This document shows positions 25,860 to 31,138 of a stretch of DNA of 31,138 nucleotides, one piece after another. The notes below the pieces were generated by a model. That model saw only the letters and a program-made list of their open reading frames with translations. It was not told the DNA's origin and made no database searches. Origin of the DNA: a virus (lineage: Duplodnaviria; Caudoviricetes); the IMG/VR virus record IMGVR_UViG_3300021180_000040, positions 1-31,138 of that record. One strand, written 5' to 3'. Made by a program: the position numbers and the translations under genes. Position 1 is the first letter of the stretch. The number at the start of each line of letters is the position of its first letter.

Positions 25860-26195
25860 ATGGCAATCACTTGGACCGAAGATACAGACAGCCGGGCAGA
25901 CCTCGGACCGTCCACTATCCAGCAGCAGAGCCTGGCTACTTTCGGGGCATCCGATTACGTCACGGGCGGGTACTTTGTCGATCCTCAGTGGTTCGGCCTT
26001 CGCCGCATTCGTGGCGCGGTCGTAACCGGTCTGAGCGGCAACGCTCTCGGCTATCTGTGGCAATACAGCCCATCTGCCAGCAGTCTCTATGCCTATCAGC
26101 CCGGAGCGAGCAATACGGCATTCGAGCAGACGGCTTCGAACACGGATTTCTCCGGCAACGGCGGGAGCCTGCGGCTGCTTGCTTTCGGGTTCTAA
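25860..26195 (+). CDS. Putative virion structural protein
   Basis: AAGGAG RBS; DYVTGGY motif; position in the head module. Confidence 0.6.
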   Translation: MAITWTEDTDSRADLGPSTIQQQSLATFGASDYVTGGYFVDPQWFGLRRIRGAVVTGLSGNALGYLWQYSPSASSLYAYQPGASNTAFEQTASNTDFSGNGGSLRLLAFGF

Positions 26196-26298
26196 CTTCC
26201 CTGCGAAGGGTGCTGTGATGCCCGCTCTGTCTTTCGCCTTTCATCTCCTTGGGGCGGCTGGCAGGCGGGCATCGTAGTCTGACGAGGATGGTGGTTTG

Positions 26299-27321
26299 AT
26301 GAGCGGATTCAGCGTACCTTACCCAAATCAGCAGAACCTCGTACTGCCCAACCAAGGCGTCACGCCGATCCGGAATCAGAACTCGCTGGCCGCGATGATT
26401 GGCGAAGTGAGCACAGAAAACCCCGACATCGACTACGAAACCATCAAGCTGTGGCTGAATAACATCGTCCGGTCGATCTACGATCGCCGCACCTGGTATG
26501 GTCTGATGATCCGCGGTCAGATCGCGACGACCGGCTTTACCATCGGCGGCAGCGTCAGCGTGGCTCAGACCAGCAACCAGATTTACGGCGCGAATACCAA
26601 CTGGAATCCATCGGTGGTCGGCCAGCAGTTCCGGCTTGGATTCAACACGCCGCCGTACACGATCACGGATTGCGACTCGACTAACCAAGTCCTGACCATC
26701 GAAATGCCGTGGGCTGGGATCACGTACAACTCTGCCGGATACTTCATTGCGCAATATTATTACGCGCTAGGACCGTCAATCCGTTACATCCACGTGGCCA
26801 AAAACATGATCATGGCGTGGCGCTTGCGGCTGAACTACACGCAGCAGACGCTTGATTCGATCGATCCGTGGCGCGCGACTGTGTTTACCCCGACCGCCCT
26901 AGCCCAGATGCCGCCCGATTCAAACGGAAACTATATGGTCGAACTCTGGCCGGTTCCCTCGATCGTGCAGGCTTTGCCGTTCATCGCCGCCGTGCAGCCG
27001 CCGAATCTGGTTGAGGATAACAATGCTCTGCCGGCCGCCATCCGTTCGGATATTGTGACTATGCTGGCGATTGCCCAAGCGAAGACCTACCGCGGGCCTA
27101 AGTGGAACAAGTATTACGATGCGCAGATGGCGACACAATTGAAGGCCGAGGCGAACCGGGAACTGCGGTATATGGCGAAGGCTGATGAGGATCTTTATCG
27201 ACAAGATGTCCTCTTGCCTGTAGACGCGATGCAACTAGCGCCGGACCTGCTCGCTGGCGGACGGAATGCTGTCTGGGATGTAAACCACGCCGTATATGCG
27301 GGCGGCGGGGATGGATGGTAG
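26299..27321 (+). CDS. Putative head-tail adaptor or neck protein with a beta-sandwich insertion
   Basis: LAAMIGEV..IKLWLNNIVRSI...W N-terminus and ELWPVPS; GGSVSV..SNQIYGANTNW insertion. Confidence 0.6.
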   Translation: MSGFSVPYPNQQNLVLPNQGVTPIRNQNSLAAMIGEVSTENPDIDYETIKLWLNNIVRSIYDRRTWYGLMIRGQIATTGFTIGGSVSVAQTSNQIYGANTNWNPSVVGQQFRLGFNTPPYTITDCDSTNQVLTIEMPWAGITYNSAGYFIAQYYYALGPSIRYIHVAKNMIMAWRLRLNYTQQTLDSIDPWRATVFTPTALAQMPPDSNGNYMVELWPVPSIVQALPFIAAVQPPNLVEDNNALPAAIRSDIVTMLAIAQAKTYRGPKWNKYYDAQMATQLKAEANRELRYMAKADEDLYRQDVLLPVDAMQLAPDLLAGGRNAVWDVNHAVYAGGGDGW

Positions 27322-27330
27322 GATTTATCT

Positions 27331-27744
27331 ATGGTTCTCGACTGCGGTCACGAAAGCCCATGCTACACCGTCAAGATATCCCCAGTGGGCGTCCGACGTA
27401 TCTGTCGAAACTGCCGGTCACCGAGGTTGCGCGAAAGCGTCGCAAACCCGTTTGCTTCTCTAGAATTAGATCACGTTCATGACGAGTACAGTAATCCTGT
27501 AAGAGTGACCAGTCTAAAGCAACTTCAAGATGCCGAAAAGCGCTACGGATTCCGATCGCTTGTTGCGAATGTGGATTCGGCGGATCACAATAAACCACCT
27601 CAACTTCAGCCCAAGTCTCTTGCCGAACAGATGAATCAGCCTTTTCGTGATGCAGAGGGAAACTATCATCAAAGTCACTGGCTTTATCCAGAAATTGCTG
27701 AGAATATTGCTCGTGACATGGAGCGAGAAGGCGAACTAGAATAG
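27331..27744 (+). CDS. Hypothetical protein (LDCGH...CRNC metal-binding motif)
   Basis: AGGA RBS; visibly lower GC than the neighbouring structural genes. Confidence 0.7.
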   Translation: MVLDCGHESPCYTVKISPVGVRRICRNCRSPRLRESVANPFASLELDHVHDEYSNPVRVTSLKQLQDAEKRYGFRSLVANVDSADHNKPPQLQPKSLAEQMNQPFRDAEGNYHQSHWLYPEIAENIARDMEREGELE

Positions 27745-27752
27745 AAGTACAT

Positions 27753-27832
27753 GGTGTGGCAAGGTCAGGCGAGTCGAGGTTCGGCTGGGTCCGGTCAGGA
27801 TCGGTCAGGCAGGGCATGGCTAGTTATGGCAT
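27753..27832 (+). repeat. GGY-NN pentamer array, 16 units (candidate guide RNA)
   Basis: GGT gt GGC aa GGT ca GGC ga GTC ga GGT tc GGC tg GGT cc GGT ca GGA tc GGT ca GGC ag GGC at GGC ta GTT at GGC at; 13 of 16 triplets are exactly GGY. Confidence 0.85.
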
Positions 27833-27841
27833 GGGAAACAG

Positions 27842-27870
27842 AAAGAGGCTCGGTCACCCGAGCCTCTTTT
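27842..27870. terminator. Bidirectional rho-independent terminator
   Basis: AAAGAGGCTCGG-TCAC-CCGAGCCTCTTT, a perfect 12-bp stem with T-rich tails on both strands. Confidence 0.88.
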
Positions 27871-27873
27871 GCT

Positions 27874-27943
27874 TGCAATCCATAACGGACCTTGCCTTAA
27901 CCAACCGCACCCAGGCTGACCCTTCCGTAACCAGCCGTGCCCA
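27874..27943 (-). repeat. GGY-NN pentamer array downstream of the RAMP gene, about 14 units
   Basis: The + strand reads ACC tt GCC tt AAC ca ACC gc ACC ca GGC tg ACC ct TCC gt AAC ca GCC gt GCC ca in unbroken 5-nt phase. Confidence 0.8.
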
Positions 27944-27945
27944 AA

Positions 27946-28590
27946 TCAATCTTTCTGAATCTCAAACTTCGTCACGTTGAACCTGCCGTATGTCGGCCGG
28001 AAATCACCAACGCCAATGAGTCGGCCGGCAGACCCAACCACTTCAAGCAAATCGGCGGGGCTGATGTACTCCGGAAGGTTCACCATGAGCGTTACCTCAC
28101 ACCGCCATCCTTCACGGAAAGCCGGACGGCAGCGAGTGATGCCGTTTCTCTGAATTTGAACGCGGCATCGATGCTCGTAGTCCCAAGCCGTCGGCAGTTC
28201 ACCAGCAACCGTAGTGATCGGCGACAAGGGGCGCAGGGAGACTACCGCAGCCTTGAAAAGATCCATCGCGCTCTTGCGCGGGCTACGCGGGTCTTGTCGG
28301 AACTTCGCGGCACCAATGACGCTCATACGCAGATACTCGGATGGCAGGCAGATGACGCCGTCATCGTTGCGCTTCACGTAGGACTCCAAGTTGTCTGATT
28401 TCTTCGCTGCCGAGCCCTTCTTCGAATCGGCCTTTTCTTGGACTGCTTCGCAGTTCCAAGCGTGCAGCAGCAAGTCTGCTGTGCCTTCGATGGTTACGTG
28501 TGCGATAAACGGCAATCCGGTTTCGATTGCCTCTCGTGCGCCGTTCGTCGGCTCACTGATTGCTGTTGCTGTTCCGTTATTCCTTGCCAT
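27946..28590 (-). CDS. Stand-alone Cas7/Csm3-like RAMP-superfamily protein
   Basis: First strand VTIEGTADLLLH; ICLPSEYLRMSVIGAA (equivalent to the RAMP IPGSSxKG helix); thumb region RVQIQRNGITRCRP; C-terminal Gly-rich loop AGRLIGVGDFRPTYGRFNV; AAGGAG RBS (start 28590 or 28593). Confidence 0.8.
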   Translation of the reverse strand: MARNNGTATAISEPTNGAREAIETGLPFIAHVTIEGTADLLLHAWNCEAVQEKADSKKGSAAKKSDNLESYVKRNDDGVICLPSEYLRMSVIGAAKFRQDPRSPRKSAMDLFKAAVVSLRPLSPITTVAGELPTAWDYEHRCRVQIQRNGITRCRPAFREGWRCEVTLMVNLPEYISPADLLEVVGSAGRLIGVGDFRPTYGRFNVTKFEIQKD

Positions 28591-28608
28591 CATTCTCTCC
28601 TTGAATTT

Positions 28609-28788
28609 GCCTTACCCTATCCTGCCCAACCAGACCAGAACCAACCCCAGCCCGCCAAGCCATTTCTTGTCTTGCCCAGCATTGCCATGCCACACCGCGA
28701 CTCATCCCGCAATGCCAAGACTTAATTCACCCCGCCTAACCATGCCTCGACCGACCAGGCCGTACCCCAACACAGCAGGCCGTGCCTC
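28609..28788 (-). repeat. GGY-NN pentamer array, block 1 (36 units)
   Basis: Unbroken 5-nt phase over 180 nt; 22 of 36 triplets are exactly RCC on + (GGY on -), and most others differ at one base. Confidence 0.9.
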
Positions 28789-28812
28789 GAAAAGTATGAA
28801 TGCGATACCCGC

Positions 28813-28982
28813 GCCTCACCGTACCGCGCCCGGCCTGACCACAACTCGCAATGCCGGACATTAACGCACCAAACCACGACTTGCCGCACCTGACCCATGC
28901 TCGCCGTGACTCGTCTCTTGAAACCATGCCGCAACCCGCCATAGCTCAACATGCCATGCACTACCACGACACGGCCTGCCGC
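28813..28982 (-). repeat. GGY-NN pentamer array, block 2 (34 units)
   Basis: Unbroken 5-nt phase over 170 nt; 19 of 34 triplets exact; starts at the stop codon of the RHH gene. Confidence 0.9.
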
Positions 28983-29128
28983 TAGGGTTGAATTTTGTGA
29001 CGCCGCGCCAACTCCCTCACTGCCTGCTCAAGGACTGCCACTTGGGACAACCCCAACGCGGAAGCCAAAGCGCAGATCAGTGCGAGCGCTGTCGTGCTGA
29101 GACGGAAGCTTGTAGCCTTTCGTTCCAT
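28982..29128 (-). CDS. Ribbon-helix-helix (CopG/Arc-like) regulator
   Basis: MERKATSFRLS (beta strand), a helix, then LGLSQVAVLEQAVRELA; 48 aa. Confidence 0.78.
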   Translation of the reverse strand: MERKATSFRLSTTALALICALASALGLSQVAVLEQAVRELARRHKIQP

Positions 29129-29134
29129 GACGTA

Positions 29135-29164
29135 AATGTAGCGCGTCGTGCGGTACGATGTCAA
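29135..29164 (-). promoter_or_regulatory. Sigma70-type promoter of the RHH-array-RAMP operon
   Basis: TTGACA (29164-29159), 18-nt spacer, TACATT (29140-29135); ATG 6 nt later, suggesting a leaderless mRNA. The spacer holds a TCGT-N5-ACGA palindrome. Confidence 0.75.
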
Positions 29165-29194
29165 GAGTTAATGAAAAACCGCAGACAGTTTTTA

Positions 29195-29223
29195 GTGCCT
29201 TTGCGCCAAAGTTGGCTTACACT
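29195..29223 (+). promoter_or_regulatory. Putative promoter restarting the structural operon
   Basis: GTGCCT-ttgcgccaaagttggct-TACACT, with the same spacer motif as at 24027. Confidence 0.5.
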
Positions 29224-29240
29224 GTTCCGCGAGGTGCTAT

Positions 29241-29510
29241 ATGGCCGATATGTTCCGACGGGTCGAAGATGAAAATGGCGTCTCCGCGAGTTGCAACAGC
29301 CACAACGAGGCAGAGTACGAGCATAAGGCGTCCGACTGGCAGCCCCAGGGTTCCCGCTACCGGTGGACTCCAGAAGGGTACACCGAGGACACCACACAAG
29401 AGCCCGTCACCCGCCGCACGATGGAGCGAGTCTACAACCGGCCCAGCGCGATGCAGTTTGACGGCGACCTCAAGCCGCGCAGCGAGCGCATGGCAGGCAA
29501 GGAGAAGTAA
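29241..29510 (+). CDS. Hypothetical protein
   Basis: GAGGTG RBS; TAATG coupling to the next gene. Confidence 0.7.
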   Translation: MADMFRRVEDENGVSASCNSHNEAEYEHKASDWQPQGSRYRWTPEGYTEDTTQEPVTRRTMERVYNRPSAMQFDGDLKPRSERMAGKEK

Positions 29511-30070
29511 TGAGCCTTCGCGGATTCGGCATACAGACCCTCGGCACGACCCCGCAGCCTGTTTTTGGCGCGACCCTTACGGCTGCCGTAGTCCCGACGC
29601 CCGATATGCAGACCGGTGGCCTCACTCCGGCATCCAACCCCTCGCAGGCCGTTGTGCCTGTGTCGCAGAACATCTTCCGCAAGGGCGATCGCGTGATGAT
29701 CGGCGCTTCCAACACATTCTCTCAGGGAAGCCTGATTCAGCCGGATGGTGGCCCGGTCGTGGCTGTCAATCTAACTGCCAGCAACATCACCGTCATGGGC
29801 CTCACGCGCAACCATGCTTCAGGGGAGTTCGTCGTGTTGGCCTTGCCGGTGGCTCAGGTGCAGATTCAGAACTTCGCCGGACTGCTTTATCTCGGCGAGG
29901 ACAATTCGGCCGGGGCAGGGTCGGCCTCGTTGATCTATGAAATCTCGGCGAGCAGCACGTACACGGAGCCTTCTGGCGGGGCGGTACTTGCGAATTGCAT
30001 CGAGACACAGAAACTTTGGCTTTCCGGAACCAATGCCGATACCTATCTGCCGAACCTATTGACGATCTAA
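29510..30070 (+). CDS. Putative virion structural protein
   Basis: AAGGAG RBS; small-residue-rich beta protein within the structural operon. Confidence 0.6.
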   Translation: MSLRGFGIQTLGTTPQPVFGATLTAAVVPTPDMQTGGLTPASNPSQAVVPVSQNIFRKGDRVMIGASNTFSQGSLIQPDGGPVVAVNLTASNITVMGLTRNHASGEFVVLALPVAQVQIQNFAGLLYLGEDNSAGAGSASLIYEISASSTYTEPSGGAVLANCIETQKLWLSGTNADTYLPNLLTI

Positions 30071-30071
30071 G

Positions 30072-30761
30072 ATGGCGCTTACCTCCACAATCGCCGAGAT
30101 GGCCCCATCCGTAAGCGAGCGGTTGCAGGATGACTCGAATATTTTCTGGAGCCTCGACTATGAAATAAATGCGGGGCTTGCGGAGGCGATTTCCGAGCTA
30201 CTTCTCATCGTCGGAAGGCCAACCCAAATCTTCGATCAGCCCATTACGCCGCTGGTCAACACCTGCTTTAACCCCATGCCGCCCGGCCTGATATGTCTCA
30301 CCAACATTCGCACGCAGATTTCGGTTTTGGGTAAGACGACGCTGCGGAGCCTCGACTATCTCTGCTCGTCGTGGTCGCCAGCATGGCAGTCTGAGCGCGG
30401 GGCTATTCCGAAGCGATGGGCTCCCTTGGGCCTGAATTACTTCATCCTGCATCCGGCTCCGCTCCAGCCGATTACGATCAACGTGACCGGGATCGCGTAC
30501 CCGTTCGTCGATACCTGGCCGCCGAATGGGACGGAGAGCAGCCCGTTCGCGAAGGAATTTAATCAGGCTTTGGAGCTGTATGCGGCGAGCTACGCGAGGT
30601 TGAAAGAGTGCGGCGAGGACGCAGCCGAAGGGTTTGCTCTCTATCAGCAATTCCTCGAAATCGGCCAGCGCCTCTCGCAGATTGAAGATCGCCGCGATAG
30701 TCTCGTGTGGTGCCGATCTTTCGGCGCAGCCACGGCTCCCTCGCAAGTTGCGCACCGCTAA
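30072..30761 (+). CDS. Putative head-tail connector or adaptor protein
   Basis: RLQD...FWS...I...LAEA.....L...P N-terminus, FILHPAP and ALELYAA...A...YQQF resemble phage adaptor proteins. Confidence 0.6.
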   Translation: MALTSTIAEMAPSVSERLQDDSNIFWSLDYEINAGLAEAISELLLIVGRPTQIFDQPITPLVNTCFNPMPPGLICLTNIRTQISVLGKTTLRSLDYLCSSWSPAWQSERGAIPKRWAPLGLNYFILHPAPLQPITINVTGIAYPFVDTWPPNGTESSPFAKEFNQALELYAASYARLKECGEDAAEGFALYQQFLEIGQRLSQIEDRRDSLVWCRSFGAATAPSQVAHR

Positions 30762-30798
30762 ATCGTTCATGATACGATGTAAGCCATTGGAGAACCGC

Positions 30799-31077
30799 AT
30801 GTCCTTGTCTCGCAGGGGATTCTTTCGTGGGCTGTTTGGAGCGGGAGCCGCCGCTGTGCTGGCTCCGGTCGTGAAGTTGATTGGCAAGCCGGGTGTGACC
30901 CTGTTTAAGGCCCAGCAGATTGGGGTTTCTACTGCCCCGTATCAGTTCGGCTTCACTGGCTGGAAGTATCTTGACGAAAGCTCCGTTGTCCGTCCGCTTT
31001 CAGAATTGAGCTTTGAGCCGAAGTTGTATTACGTGAACGTCCTCCTCGAAAAGCCGGGATCGGCGGAGGCTAACTGA
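30799..31077 (+). CDS. Twin-arginine-signal protein carrying capsid-like and terminase-like peptide motifs
   Basis: GGAG RBS; MSLSRRGFFRGLFGAGAAAVLAP Tat-type signal, then KAQQIGVST, QFGFTGWK and FEPKLYYVNVLL. Confidence 0.72.
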   Translation: MSLSRRGFFRGLFGAGAAAVLAPVVKLIGKPGVTLFKAQQIGVSTAPYQFGFTGWKYLDESSVVRPLSELSFEPKLYYVNVLLEKPGSAEAN

Positions 31078-31138
31078 TGGAAATCTCTGTCACCGCAGAA
31101 CCTGTCCCGCTGGACGAATCCCTTTTGGAAGCCGCTCA
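31077..31138 (+). CDS. Partial hypothetical protein (3' truncated)
   Basis: GGAGG RBS and TGATG coupling; MEISVTAEPVPLDESLLEAA... runs off the window. Confidence 0.5.
   Translation, partial: MEISVTAEPVPLDESLLEAA

Noticed and set aside
24018-26063. 681-aa minus-strand ORF
   Set aside because: It is the antisense shadow of the capsid and decoration genes and has no recognisable motifs.
27753-27943. MITE or large inverted repeat centred on the terminator
   Set aside because: Only the GGY/RCC positions are complementary; the NN positions of the two arrays do not match.
28609-28788. Reading block 1 NN as the first two bases of codons gives a protein-like string (ETLVGTLREIYGEKL...)
   Set aside because: Many positions are ambiguous and almost any NN string gives a plausible peptide. 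My partial by-eye check found no target in this window; a computational search is needed.
28391-28967. ORFs overlapping the pentamer arrays (28391-28864 +, 28438-28725 +, 28722-28967 -, 28736-28942 -), and likewise 27756-27980 +
   Set aside because: They are low-complexity translations of a 5-nt period that is out of step with codons, and they lack convincing RBSs.
28609-28982. Canonical CRISPR array next to the Cas7-like gene
   Set aside because: There are no 25-45-nt direct repeats with unique spacers; the periodicity is 5 nt.

Overview
This window is a GC-rich segment of a tailed dsDNA phage or prophage, transcribed almost entirely on the + strand. A GroEL insertion hints weakly at an Acidobacteriota host. 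From 1 to 13.9 kb it is an accessory region: a tandem Ig-like pair, its own GroES and GroEL, a tRNA-like RNA next to putative anti-defence genes (Acb2/Tad1-like), two glycosyltransferases, a SAM methyltransferase and an orphan HicA-like gene. From 13.9 to 31.1 kb it is the packaging and head module: probable TerS, HNH-AP2 endonuclease, TerL, portal, scaffold, major capsid protein, and decoration and adaptor proteins. The main finding is a minus-strand cassette inserted at about 27.75-29.16 kb. It consists of a sigma70 promoter, a ribbon-helix-helix regulator, about 70 strictly phased GGY-NN pentamers, a stand-alone Cas7/RAMP-like gene, further GGY-NN pentamers and a bidirectional terminator, with no CRISPR array and no other cas gene. 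It looks like an RNA-guided system whose information lies in the variable NN dinucleotides. The second finding is a small Tat-signal protein (30799-31077) built from short copies of this phage's own capsid motifs and a terminase-like motif; the GroES tail carries another capsid-like segment. All family assignments come from motif recognition by eye, and no database search was run.
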